This document shows, piece after piece, positions 23,430-36,416 of a stretch of 64,000 bases of DNA. How positions within the stretch are numbered: the stretch's first letter is position 1; each line of letters opens with the position of its first letter. The notes under the pieces were generated by a model. The model did not search any database. It was not told the DNA's origin and worked only from the letters and a program-made list of their open reading frames with translations. Source of the DNA: Vitrella brassicaformis CCMP3155 (lineage: Eukaryota; Protista; Chromerida); NCBI GenBank assembly GCA_001179505.1, contig CDMY01000480.1:4411-68410 (forward strand). The letters run 5' to 3'. Made by a program: the position numbers and the translations under genes.

Positions 23430-26400
23430 ATGCCTTTGACAGAGGGCGGGTTGTTCCGCCTGTGCATCGAGCAGGCCGCCTCCCCCTCCCTCCCCCTCGC
23501 CCAGCTCCAGCAGCTGTGGACTGCACTTGGCAAAATCCTCCTCAAGGTACCTGCAGTACGCACAGAAAAGACAAACACGGGCAGGCAGAGCCTCCGTGTG
23601 AGCTGTGTTTCTCGGTCTGCAGGAGGTCGGTCGAGGCCGTGTGGCTCATGTGCCTGGGCTGGGTCGGTTCTTCTTGACGGGCGGGAATGGGAGGCCGCCG
23701 GTGTGTGCCTATGTGCCGGGACGGTCGTTTGTGGCGAAGTGCCAGCTGCTGCTGTCTGAAGCTCCACCGATGCCTCCACCTGACGTACAGTACGGGGGAA
23801 AGACTCTCAGCTCAGGGACAGATAGTGGCAGTGTGTGTGTGTGTGTGTGATTGTGTGATTGTGTGAAGGGTGAAGAGGTGCAGGTGAAGGCTGTGTCGCT
23901 GGCTCGGTCCATCAACTACCCGCCTGATGTCTGCGAGAAGGCATTCAATGAGTTACTTCACCAGCTGGTCAGCAACAGAGAAGACAGCCCGAGCATTCCC
24001 TCATCGATTGCTGCCAATTCGCATTCGCAGAGTCGGTACGTGCGAGGTGAGCTTGAGGAGCAGGCCAAAATCGGCGCGAGCAAGGGGGCCATGGAGCAGG
24101 AGAGCGCAGTGTCGCTGCAGCTGCGGGTTGGCCGGCTAAACATCGTCAATCGCGTCCTTAACTTCACCTCAGCGCCGGCACACACCTTTTCTCAGTCTGG
24201 CAGAAAAGGTGAAGAGAATGCACAAGAGGAGGAAAGAAAACACGCTGATCTGCTCGGCTGTCATACCTTCAGAGGATCAGCATTCGGCACGAGAAGATGA
24301 GACCAAGTCACGCGTGCCGACGGCGAGTGCGGTAGTGGTGCCGATCGGTGGCATTCTGCCGGGAATGACGGACCAGCAGGCGGACTACAAGCTCGATGGG
24401 AGCAGCACGGGGCGACGAGTGGCCATGCTGGCCCCTGCAGCTGAGGGCCTGCAGCAGTTCAGCAACAAGGAGCTCGAGCAGTACCTATACAGAGTAATAC
24501 GACCACCCACAAGAATCTCAAGCTAATGCATCCATCCATGTACACTCCTTACTTTTGCTCCATTCCATTCAGAGGGAAAGAGGGCCTGGTGTGATGCCCG
24601 AAAGCACAGACAGGAAACAGCTCCTCGCAGAGAACAGAGACCTCATCAAGTAACTCAGCGGCACCACACCGCGCCACGCACACGCGCTTCCGTCTCCATC
24701 TGCTGTCAATCGTCTCTTCTCCGAGCTGCAGGAAGCGTCAGAGCCATGCTCGCGAGAACCGGCGGAGCCTGCGCCAGCAGGACACCAGGATGCTCCACTG
24801 GCACCACTGCGACCTCCTGCAGGAGTTCGAGCGACAGCAGACAGCAAGAAGACACAGCACCATGGTGGCACAGGCGTACCAGGAGGCATGTCAGAAGTTG
24901 CCGCCGAGAAATAAGAACCTGAAGCACTTCATTGAGGCGCAGGAGGTAAGCGACTGTCCCAGGTGTGTGTTGAGACACATTGTGTGCTTGTGTATGTGTG
25001 CGTGTGTGCTGTAGAACCCACGGCCTTCCGCAGGGCGTGAGGATACAACAAGACACACACAGCGACAGATGTGTGTGTGATTGGATGATGGATGTCTCCC
25101 CCCCCCCCCTTTCAGCCGACGNNNNNNNNNNNNNNNNNNNNNNNNNNNNNNNNNNNNNNNNNNNNNNNNNNNNNNNNNNNNNNNNNNNNNNNNNNNNNNN
25201 NNNNNNNNNNNNNNNNNNNNNNNNNNNNNNNNNNNNNNNNNNNNNNNNNNNNNNNNNNNNNNNNNNNNNNNNNNNNNNNNNNNNNNNNNNNNNNNNNNNN
25301 NNNNNNNNNNNNNNNNNNNNNNNNNNNNNNNNNNNNNNNNNNNNNNNNNNNNNNNNNNNNNNNNNNNNNNNNNNNNNNNNNNNNNNNNNNNNNNNNNNNN
25401 NNNNNNNNNNNNNNNNNNNNNCCCCCTTTCAGCCGACGTGTGGCCCTTCACTGCCGGCGATCCATACGAGGAACGCACCAGACGGTTCAACGAGATACGC
25501 CGAGCTGAAATGCTCGAAAGAATAGAGCAAGAAAGGAACAGGTGCGTCAGTCAGCCATTGCAACCATTCACTCATGTCTCCCTCCCTTGGTCTGTCCACC
25601 CATCAGGCCCTCTCTTCACGAGCTGGCCATATCAGGTGGGGCGGCCACAGCCCGCCTTCCTCGCGAGCCGCAGCGGCCTGAGGCGGTGTCTGACGAGCCT
25701 CTGACTGCGCGGCCCGCCCCACCATCGGTGCCGCCACTGCCGATAAAGGAGCAGACGGCAGATAGGCGCGGGAGTGTGTCGAGCGAGCTGATGGCAAGAG
25801 TGGTGCCGCAAGTGTCGTCGGCCAGACCGGTAGCGGGATACACATGCAGGGGGACAGAGGGAGACATGACGAGAGTGAAGTGATGTCTGTTTCTTTCATA
25901 TGACGCATCCAGACATTTCAGACGTCGACAAATGACCACTACCGTGCCATCCACGGCGGCAAACACGACCCCATGGTGGTATGCAATCAATCCATGGCCG
26001 GTCCCTGACACACAACACAGGGAAAGAATTGCATCCATATCCATCCATGGATTATAACTCACACATCTGCAGGGCGTTAACTTGCGGAAGAGTGTGCGTC
26101 GTGCGACCAAGGAGATACAGAGAGGGCTCAAAGACATGGCGCAGCAAGAGGAAAGATGCAAGGTGAATCATCACGGATACCATACAAGTTGATTGAACGA
26201 CCTCTGTGCACTGCACGTGTTTTCACAGCTCTTCGCCACGCAAGCTGCTGAGCGCGCTGAGCAGCAAGCAGCCATGGAGAGGGCCGCCAGGTGACCACAC
26301 ACACACACACGCACACACACACACTCACATGGCTGCTGGAAGAAGGAGGAGGAAGAAGAGGAGGAGGAGGAGAATTGTGTGTGCGATCCGTAGGCATGAG

Positions 26401-27056
26401 CACGTGGAGTACTTGCGTCAGCAGATGAAGGAAAAGGTGGGAGCTGGTATCTGTATTCTATTTTCCTTCATGTGCCCGTATGCGTGTTCGTATGTGTGTG
26501 AAGGAGGAGAGGAAGCGACGGGAACAGCTGCAGCTCAAGATGGAGGAAGCACGTAACACACGACGACACAGACAGATATTCACGGCCATAAGGATCTGTT
26601 CCTACCCATCTGCTTTCTGCTTCGTGTCCCTCTGTGTGTTTGTGTCCCGGTGTGTGTCCTTCACACAGCGTACTATGGCCCCGAGGAGCGTCCCAAGACC
26701 AAGACGAGGGACGACTACGTCAGATACAACAAAGAACTTGAACACGAAATACAGGTGGGTGCATACCTACACACACACCCAGCCCGCCTTGCTGTCTGTC
26801 ATTCATGTCTCCCTCCCTCCCTCCGTCCCCGCTCGTGTGTGAGTGTCTGCAGAGTCACGAGCGCACACGTGAGGAGGCCAAGACAAAGCGCATCCGTGAG
26901 GAGCAGGAGGCGAGTCTGCATCAGGCCCAGCAGTTCCTCAAGGCCAAGGCTGAGGCGGAGGCCATCGAGCTCAAGAAGAGGGAGGAGCTCTTCAAGCAGT
27001 GGCAGAGACAGGCGCACATCAAGCAGAGGGCCAAGGAGATGGAGAGATACAGATGA
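23430..27056 (+). CDS. CCDC81-like protein (N-terminal HU-like domains, C-terminal coiled coil); 3' end uncertain
   Basis: LWTALGKILLK|EVGRGRVAHVPGLGRFF and a second similar unit (LQLRVGRLNIVNRVLNF) resemble the HU-like CCDC81 N-terminus. E/R/Q/K-rich coiled-coil exons run to ~27056, and further exons at ~27160-27370 are possible. The gene spans the gap at 25122-25421. Confidence 0.5.
25122..25421. other. Assembly gap (300 N)
   Basis: N run. CCCCCTTTCAGCCGACG appears on both flanks after a poly-C, so the true gap is probably near zero. Confidence 0.99.
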
Positions 27057-28069
27057 AGGCCGAGTGCTGGATCGGATGGTGGGGTGCAGTGCAGGAAGGA
27101 GATGGTTTCGTGTGTGTCTTTGAGTGTGTCTGTTTCCATTTATCTATCGGGTGGATTGAAGCATGAAGCACGAGTAGGTGCGGAGATGCTGGCTGCGTGG
27201 ATGTACGCCAGCTGTGTTGGTGTAGTGACACGACCCTTGCTTTATATATGTACGCACCATACATATCACGTACACGTAAGTGCATTTGGTGTCTCAGAGT
27301 CGGTCGGCCGTGCAGCAGCGTCTGCGGCGCCCGAGAGGGATCAGCAACAAACCAACGCACACATGAAAGGTGAGTGCTGTCGTTGCCAATGTTATGCTGC
27401 GACCCTCGACTGAATCGCCTCAGAGAGTCACATACCTTATTATACACACACCTGCTGTATACACGCCTGAGATAGCAGGCAACACAAGGGAGTCGGTAAA
27501 GGGAACATAGTTTTCGTGTTGCCAGGGCCAAGGATGAGCAGTGACTTTTCGGGCCAGTGGTGTGGGCAGCACCAACACACCCACACCCGCATAAGCCGCT
27601 GGACGCAATTGGCTGGACGGGCCACTAGAGAGGGGCAGCATATAGTTAGTGGAGGGTGAGACGGGAGGAGATGGGCAGCGGAGGCGGCCAGATAGGCTTG
27701 TGTGTGGAGACGACTGACTAACTGACTGTATGTTGGAGTGTGTGGGATTCAATTAACTGACGTGTTGATGGGATGGCTGTGCTGCAGTGCACTCACATGG
27801 GGCGGCATGACGTTATTTGGGTGTGTGGGTGTAATGTCATTACATACAGCTCAGCTGCCATGGGTAGTGTACACATTCACATTGAGAAGTCCGCCAGTCA
27901 GTCAGTCAGTCCGCCCTCTCCCCCTCCCCCTCCATCCTTATCACTCTGTCCACCGGACGAATCTCCGAAGGCTCTTCTCATCCACAGTTGATGCTGACGG
28001 CAGGAGGGGCGTGTCTCTGTGTCTTCACCGCCGTCAGAATATAAAATGTAGTCAGCGATGGATAAAGAC

Positions 28070-29676
28070 TCAACTCCTGTCCACCGCTGCCCACCACCAC
28101 ACCCACTCGACTGGCTGCGATTTATCAATCTCTGCAGCCATCTGCTCTCCAAGCGGCCGAACAGCTGTGCATCTACCATCTACTGGTCTACGGGCCCATC
28201 CACCCCGCCCACCGACAGACACATCAGGCACTTGTGGGGGGATGCGGGGCGTGCCGGGTGGTTGCTCTTGATCTTCAAGTTTCTTCAAGTTGTCGAAGTA
28301 GACCGTCACAAGGGCGGCGTAGTAGTAGTGCTCCGATGACTCCTCGGAGCGGCCTGCGGCCTTCTCCCTCTCCCAGAGAGCGTACGCCCCCAACAACACC
28401 CTGCACACACACACAGGAGAGACACACACAAAAACACAGACACACATGGATGTGGGGGTGTCTCGTGTGTTTGTAGGCCAGTGAAAGACTGACTGCCGCC
28501 CCCTTACATCGAGTCGAAGCTCTCGCGGCTGGGGCCCGCCTCGATGATGAGGCTGCCCTCCTCCGCAGGGACGCTCCGCTCGTAGTGCTGCTGGGGCGAC
28601 TCGTGACGGCCCTCCGGCGACAGGGAACGCTCAAACGCAGCCTTCTTGACGCTGCATGACAAGGCAGACAGACAGACAGACAGGGGAGACACACACACAT
28701 CCATAGAAGGTGTTTTTGATGGTGTGTCAGTGAGGTGTGCGTGTTGGCTTACTAGGCGTTGAAGGCGTCCTTGGGGGACGGGAAGCACTCGTCGGGGTGG
28801 TGCTTGTAGCCGGAGGGGGCTGACTCTGTCTCCCACACGTCGCTCTCACTATCCTCACTGCTATCCTCACTCTCCCAACCCTCCGACACTCCGCTGTCGC
28901 TATCCTCACTCTCCCAACCCTCCGACACGTCGCTGTCGCTCTCCTCACTGCTAAACTCACTCTCCTCACTCTCTGGCACTTCGCTGTCACTCTCCTCACT
29001 CTCCCAACCCTCCGACATGTCGCTCTCACTATCCTCGTTCTCCCTTCACCCCTTGCCTCTGTGCTCACCAACCCTGACTACGGCCTCCCGACCCTCGTCA
29101 CGGCCCTCGTTGGCAGGCTGGCTGTCCTGCACGGTGGGCGCGACGGGTCCGGCGGTGGCACTGCTGCCCTCGCTCGCTGTGGCAGGCGGGCGGTTGTTGG
29201 GGGGTGGGAGTTGTGTGTGGGTGGGTTGTTGGCCTCCTCTGCCGGGGCTGTCGGGTGGGGGCGGCTGGTTGGGCTGCTGGTTGGGGCTGTCGGGTGTGTT
29301 GGCGGCCTGGCTACCTCTCAGAAAGGCCTCAAGGAAAGGCGAAGTGAGGGTGGTCATGACCTGAGTCGTGCCCTGGGTGTTGGCGTTGGTGCCGTCGGTG
29401 TTGGCGTTGGTGCCGTCGGCCGACGTGCTATCATTCTCTGCATCCATCAATCCATCAATCAGGCCACACACGCCATATCAACACAACACCATGGCATACA
29501 TATGACCCGTGACCAACTGAGACAGCAAGTAGTGTGTGGCTGGCTGACTTACCGTAGTCCAGTCCGAAGAGGGTGTGGGCGGCAAAGTCCGTGTGCGTTG
29601 GTATCAGACGCGTGATGCCGTTGCCGACCCTGTCGGCCAGGTCGAGTATCGGGGCTATGGACTGCATTGTGGCCAA
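28070..29676 (-). CDS. Hypothetical low-complexity protein with acidic S/E/D repeats; in-frame TGA at 29046-29048; 3' end uncertain (could extend to ~27900)
   Basis: Exons join in frame: MATMQSIAPILDL...FGLDY|ENDSTSADG...RGKG*RENEDSESDMSEGWE...PKDAFNA|YVKKAAFERS...FDS|MVLLGAYALWERE. No family recognised. Confidence 0.5.
28841..29040. repeat. Coding tandem repeat: three 39-nt units plus degenerate 21- and 30-nt units (VSEGWESEDSDS-like peptides on the minus strand)
   Basis: CTATCCTCACTCTCCCAACCCTCCGACAC(TC/GT)CGCTGTCG at 28861-28899 and 28900-28938, with a variant at 28990-29028. All unit lengths are multiples of 3. Confidence 0.9.
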
Positions 29677-31855
29677 CCAGCTGACGATTTATCAATCTCG
29701 CTTGTCAGCGGTGGCCTCTCCTCCTTGGTCGTCTCCTTGGCGTCAGTCACTCGCTGCACTGCCGACTTATCTCTTGGCGGCGGGCAGGCAGGCTGTTTCG
29801 TTGCGAAACGGTGCTCACAGACGTGTTGGTATCGTGTGCACGGCTGTGTGGGCTGGACGGCGGTGGACAGAGAGCGGTCTTGGCGGCGGTGGCGAGGGCG
29901 GAGGAAAAGCGAAAGCGTACAGCTTCTTTTTTGCCGTCTCCGTCTCAAATTGTCGTCAGAATGGAAATTTACTTCCTGGCAAGCAGCCTCGCTTGCAGCC
30001 CTTGACGTCCGCGTGTGCACAATCAGTGTGCGCAGGTGGAAGCCACATGTATCGGACATCGACCTGCCCGGCCTCATGTTGTCGGTAGACGCCACGCGAC
30101 ATCTGAATGACTAAGGGAGAGAGACGCTCCCGGCTTTGCTGTGCGCGAAGGCCGCGAGGGAGAAGGCCATCGTGGTGGTGGGGTGGGAGAAACAGCAATA
30201 AGGTCCACTGACTGACGAAAGGCTTACTGGCGATGGATGGATGTTGATCTGCTGACCAATGGTATGTATGTCACATGTAATGACCGACATGAACATCTTC
30301 GTTGATGGGCAAAGTGACAAAGTCATGCAGCAACATCCATCCACACATCCACGCCATGCCATGCGGTGATTGATCTCGATGCATCCGGTCCACACGTACG
30401 TACATTACATACACGCACACGTCAAGCCTCTGCCTGCCTCTGCGCTCTACCACATATATACCTCTACAAGCTTGTAAGTAGGGGCACGTCATCCATCCCT
30501 CCAACCAACCATCGATCTGCACACTGGCTCGACCGACTACGGATCATCCTGACTGACGTCAGTCATTGCATGGGCAATGTCCAGCACACTCACACACCGG
30601 CCAGCCATCCGAGAGTCGTGGACAGTCGTGATCGACTCATCTATCCATAAAAGCCATTCGCATAACACAACACGTGACAGAGAAACGATTGAGCCACACA
30701 CACACACACACACACAAACACTCGCCGACTACGGTGAGGACCAGCTGAGGCGCGAGAAGAACTCCGATTTGGGTTCACCGCCTCGCTCTGACAGCACCAG
30801 ACCGCACCACATGGACGGACAACACGAACAAGTGTCGATCAAGTATGCCGTTAGATACCTGCACTTCGCTCTCCACTCACACATGGATGGATGTGTCTGC
30901 GTACCTCTGCAGGTGTGTCTCATAGGCCGTCTATGCGCGACAGACTGCTCGCCACGGCCGACAACTCACACTGCAGACACAGACATGGACCATCACAGTG
31001 GAGCAGCGAAGTGGATGAGATGTCGTGTGTCCACCCAGCCATCCATCGATCCCCGCTCACTGACTGGTACAGTACATCCGGTCGGCTGTGCAGCAGTCTC
31101 TCTCTCCGTGCGCGACTGACTCATCAGCCGACAGCTGCACGAACAACACAGGCAGACATGGAGAGTGAGCGACGCGGCCTTCCTGCGTGGTGTCAGCGCC
31201 ATTTCGTTACCTTCGACTGAATCGTCTCAAACAGCGTTGCTATGCGATGGAACTCATCTCGAAACTCACCAACGCCGTCATCAGCACTCACCTGCACGAA
31301 ACAACACAGAAGGGAGATCTTCGTTGCGTGTGTGTGAAGTGTGTGGTGTGTCGAATCATCGAATGAAGGATGGCTGCCCATCAGTGCCGCTGCTAGGCAC
31401 TAGTAGGCAGGGCAGACCCGCCACCATCGCCCTCACCTACACCCGAACACACGCGCGTAGAGCCACCACATCGGGTGTATTTTGTCGCATGTACCTTCTT
31501 CCATGAGTGTGGTGCGGCTCTCTTATTCTTCACAGACACCAGGCAGCCCTCCCATCACCACTCGTATCGCACCGAATACGTCGAATGGATGGATGGATGG
31601 AAATCCGTTGCTTCGAATTGTCTGCCCGCTCCTTTCGTCACCTTCTGCGTAATTACACCATCGACAAGCCTTTCCGGGGGGATGCAATCCCCACCGATCG
31701 CGAGGTGCGAGCTCGAACAATAGGGCTCGAAGGAGGTGCTCTTTTTTTCCGTGTTCGTAAGGCGCTGTAGAGGTAGGCACACACCGAGAGAATCATCGTG
31801 CATCGGATATATATGACTGGCTTTTGTGTCTTTCAGGCCGGTTTCTGCAGTAGGT

Positions 31856-34800
31856 ATGGCAGCTGAGCCATCCCCGTCGCCTTCCGATGACGTTGCCGCT
31901 CAAGTAGATGCCCTTCTCGCCTCAACTGACGGAGAGGCCTTCGAAAAGCATCTCCTCAGTCTCCACCTCACCGCCGTGGGCGACGGTGGGAAGACGAGAA
32001 CCCTTCGCGACGTCCGTCACATCCGCCACTCAGTCATCCGCCAATTCATCCGTCAGCGGCGCAGCAGCCCCGCTCTTCTGGCGCGACTGCTGTGGGCCTC
32101 CCTGGCCAAGCCCGCAGCGCCGCCCGAGTGCACAGACATTGCGCTCATCGTCGCGTCAGCTCTTGCAAATGCCGATTCCCGAGCTGACCTTCAGACAGCG
32201 GGATCGGTGACCAGGAGCTGGGACTTCATCCAGGAGCTGATAGCGCAGGCGGGATCGCCGCAGGGACTGCTGACCACTCTGCTTGGTCTGTTGGTGGCAG
32301 CTGATCGGCAGGGCCGTCGCGGGCCCGTCAGCACGATCTCCCTGATCCTGTTTACCGCACTGGAATACGGCAAGGCCACCGGCAACACGCAAGACTTCCA
32401 CCAGCACCTGGTGGGCAACCACATGGACCACTTGGGCGTAGTCGAAAAAGCAGCTGCACGCGGGTCGGTCAGACAGTCAGGCTCGAGCTGACAGAGCGAA
32501 TTTGGTGGACATATATGACTTCTTGATTGTCTTGCCTGCCTGGCTGCCTCAGTGCTGGCGACCCCGCCGCTCCTGAGGAGATATATGTGCTGGTGGAGCC
32601 GTTTATCGACGCTCTGCTGTTCATCGACGCTCTGCTGGATGGCGTCGAGCCATCGGCGGCTCTGGTGTCCCTGCGGCTGTCGTCGTTTCACAGCATGATG
32701 GCGATACCAGCCAGGGAGCACGTCCGGGGCTTCCATGCCTTCCACCAGCGGCGGGAAATCATACAGAAATACCTATCGGACGTGCTCGGAAAAGGTAGGA
32801 GAGGGTCATCTGGTCAGGCGCTTAACAATGCCCGACTGCCTGTCTGTCTGTCTGTGTGTGTGTCTGACGGTGTCTATGTGGCTGTGCGATTCGTCCGTGC
32901 TGTGCGGGGCCGATGCCTGAGGTCATTACTGCGGTGGTGGGAGCGCTGGACAAGCACTGCTTGGTCTACACCGGTCAGCTGGTGGGTGTCATCCTTTCCA
33001 GCACTGCGACGCCTGCTGATATTTGGGTATCGTGTCTAAAGCTGGGCTGCATCAGCAGGGTTTTCCTGCAGGTCTGCGACCTGAGGCACATCGCAGGTTC
33101 GCTTGCACGGTGGCCATCAATTGACATGCACACAGCATGTGTGGGTGTATATGTCAATTGCTGTCTGTCTTTAGGTGGGTCGTGCACTGGTGCCGCAGCG
33201 TGTCGATCCTTCATGCAGATCATGAGCCGTCCTGACGTCCTCCGGAGTGTGGCGGGTGTTCTCATCGACAGACCTCCAATGCCTTTGCCCTTTGGCAACG
33301 ATACATCCGCTTGTGTGGCGGCCACGGATGAGATCAACATTGTTCTCAACACTCCACTGCTGTGCCTTCGAAGAGGGCAGACAGACAGTAGGCACACAGA
33401 CAACAGAAGAATGGGTGCAGAGAGGTGTATGCTGTGTTGCCTGCCTGCCTGCCTGTATACCTGCTTACAGGATGCCTGCTTACAGGGGGGATTCAGCCGC
33501 TGATTGAGTCGGGGCTCCCGAGGACATGCGTCAAGCTCATTGACGACGAAATGCTCACGCGAGGGCCTCGCTGGGGGCAGACGCTTGACGCCCTTGTTAT
33601 CCTCATGAAACTCATGACAGAATTCTCTCCCAGGGTGTGTGTGTGTGGGGGGGGGGGGGGGGCCCAAAANNNNNNNNNNNNNNNNNNNNNNNNNNNNNNN
33701 NNNNNNNNNNNNNNNNNNNNNNNNNNNNNNNNNNNNNNNNNNNNNNNNNNNNNNNNNNNNNNNNNNNNNNNNNNNNNNNNNNNNNNNNNNNNNNNNNNNN
33801 NNNNNNNNNNNNNNNNNNNNNNNNNNNNNNNNNNNNNNNNNNNNNNNNNNNNNNNNNNNNNNNNNNNNNNNNNNNNNNNNNNNNNNNNNNNNNNNNNNNN
33901 NNNNNNNNNNNNNNNNNNNNNNNNNNNNNNNNNNNNNNNNNNNNNNNNNNNNNNNNNNNNNNNNNNNNNGGGGGGGGGGGGGGGGGGGGGGTCCACAAGA
34001 ACACACACACACACACACACGCACGCACACACGGGTCTAAACGTCTGTCTGTATGTTCAGGTTGGCGTGCGTGAAGGTTTCGCCTCTGCGATGTGCAAGG
34101 CCACTGTGCACATATGGAGGTGTGACCTCGGTGGCAATGCAGCCGCTGCCGAGACTACCGACAGCAGAGGAGAGGTGATCAACTGCGTGTGTGAGACTCT
34201 GGAGGCTCTGATAAAGTGAGTGAATGAGTGAGTGAGTGTTCCAAAGGGCTCTCATACGCTCGGCGTGTGCGCCTCACTGCAGGTACGGCGAGGGTGTGAT
34301 GGACAGCAAGGGCGAAGCTCAGAACAAGATCGCAACACAGATACTACAGGTTCGAGTCAAGTGACATATAGTTGGGTCGATTCTCTCTCTCTCTGCACGT
34401 GTGTGTGTGTGTGTGTGAGCAGCTCGATTCTGTCAAGGCGCTGCGTGAGAGGCAGCGCCGAGGCAAGAAGGGCAAACAGAAGAACGTCCTGACAAAGGTT
34501 CAGTGGTCCTTCACACAAGCAAAGCGACCAAGCTACTGCAGCATGTGTCTGCCATTCAGTTGTTGGACCTGTTTGATGACATTGAGAGTGCCGAGACCAA
34601 GCGCTATGACAAGGTCTTGGCCAGCATCTCCTTCGAAAGCGACCCGCCCCAGCAGTAAGGCGCCAGCAGCGCGTCATCCGGCAAGAACAAGAAGAAGCGG
34701 CACAACAGGAAGAACAAGAAGAAAAAGGGCGGCGGAGGGGGCGGGGCGAATGCATCTGCTGCCGTCGATAACGAAACAGGGTGCGTGTGGGGGGGGGGGG

Positions 34801-36416
34801 CCAACACACGCATACGCTGCTCTCATCTGCTCTGTCTGTTGTCCTATCTGTCAGTTGTGACAATGCCTCCGATGACGACGATGGACTGGACGATGAGCAG
34901 CCCTCTGCATCGGCATCTGCGAGCCCTCCCTCTGGCGCCAACCATGGGTGCGCACCACAGACACCAAATCCACCATCACGCTGGTCACTCCTCTCTCTTT
35001 GTTGTTGCCTTGGTGCAGGCAGCCGGAGGCGTGTGTGCCGTCAAGCATTGTGGCTGACGACGAGGGCGGCAATGACGGCGGGCCGTTCGTCACCATCACA
35101 CACAAGAAGAAGAACAAGACCAACAAAAACAAGCCCTCGCCATTCGCAGCTCGCCCACCGCCGTCCTCGAGTGCCGCTGATATGGCGTCTCCCGGCCCTG
35201 CTGCCGCCGTGTAAGACACATGCACCGTCCGGCCGGTATGTCTGTCCCCCACGCAATGCACCCGTGCCTGTTCTGCAGAGGCATGGATCGTCACGTGAGT
35301 GTGTCGCCATTCGACATGACAACAGCCGCACTGGCCAAAGTCAACCAAAACAGGTGGGCATGACATACCTGCCTGCCGTTGGACTCACGACCATCTGCAT
35401 GTCCTTCTTTCCTGTTCAGCCTGATGCCCACACTCACACCACCTGGTGGCCATCACAGCAGCCCCCCGGCCTCTCCTACCATGGCCGCTGCTGCTGTTGC
35501 TGTGCCTGCTGCTGCTGTGGCTGCGGCATCTGCTGCTGGGGGCGATCATGGCGAGTGGTCTGCCCATGGGTATGGTGATCGTCCCTTCCCTCTGTTCGAG
35601 ACGGACGAGACACCTGCGGCACACAGCAGGGGCAGCGATCAGCTGCCGATGGGGTCGTCGGCCGACCGACAGGGCAACCACACAGACACCGCTGCTAAGG
35701 AGTAAGCCAATCAATCAAGGGAGCGGTGTGTTATCAGCGCATTATTGACGGTGTGGCTGCTCTCTGTGCAGGTCCTGTGTGGGGCCGTCGCCTGCTGAGT
35801 GTGAGCTGCGGCGTGAGCGGGAGGCGTGGCGGAGGGAGAAGGAGCAGCATGAGCGCGAGAAGGAGGAACTGCGGCGCCAGTGAGACAGACGCAAACCCCC
35901 CGCTCACTCACACACACCATACAGAGCCTCACTTGCCGTGTGTGGCTTTGTGCTTCATTCAGGCTGGCTGCCCTGAGCGTCTACCAGCACTCCTCCTCGT
36001 CCAACAGCAGCTCATCCGCACCACCACCACCACCACAGCACGACTACCAGCAGCAGCAGCAGCCGATATCGGCTGCGTCAGGGGGAGAGGTGCAGGAGTG
36101 CGGCATCTGCTTCGACAGCCCCGCGACGGTCATGTACATGCCCTGCAGACACCTTCGGCTGTGCCCTCAGTGCTATGCCGACCGTCGGAGCAAGCTGCAG
36201 CGGGACCTCGCTACAGTGCGGGCGGAGAACGCCCGGCGGCGTCAGGAGAATGAGGACATCGAGAGACAGAACCAGACCCGCAGCAAGAAGGACAAAATCG
36301 CCCTGGTGGAGCTGCTGGATGAGCCAGAGTACCTGTGCGAGCACTGCAAGGTCAAGGTGCTGTTCGCTGGGTCGCGGGAGGAGGTGCTGCAGTGGGCCGC
36401 ACAGCCAATCACATGA
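31856..36416 (+). CDS. Helical (ARM-like) repeat protein with C-terminal RING-HC finger; premature TAA at 34656-34658
   Basis: ATG 31856 (MAAEPSPSPSDDVAAQV...), then multiple helical exons and a Lys-rich linker. The final exon has ECGICFDSPATVMYMPCRHLRLCPQC-x54-CEHC. The gene spans the gap at 33670-33969. Confidence 0.62.
33670..33969. other. Assembly gap (300 N) within an intron
   Basis: N run flanked by poly-G on both sides. Confidence 0.99.

Noticed and set aside
25095-25440. 17-nt sequence duplicated on both sides of the first N gap
   Set aside because: This is typical of an unmerged overlap at a poly-C run. The exon reads cleanly from the right-hand copy, so it is an assembly artefact and not a target-site duplication.
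28740-28800. CFPSPKDAFNAYVKKAAFERS resembles a FAR1/MULE DNA-binding motif
   Set aside because: The similarity is too short, and no downstream Cys/His ligands or DDE domain were found.
33645-33990. Long poly-G runs flanking the second gap (possible G-quadruplex)
   Set aside because: Homopolymer lengths at contig ends are unreliable and the true sequence is unknown.
29046-34658. Alternative genetic code or selenocysteine as the explanation for two in-frame stops
   Set aside because: TGA, TAA and TAG all end well-conserved genes here (uraD, UFD1 and ENT with TGA; IF1-like with TAA). There is no redox-motif context or identifiable SECIS.
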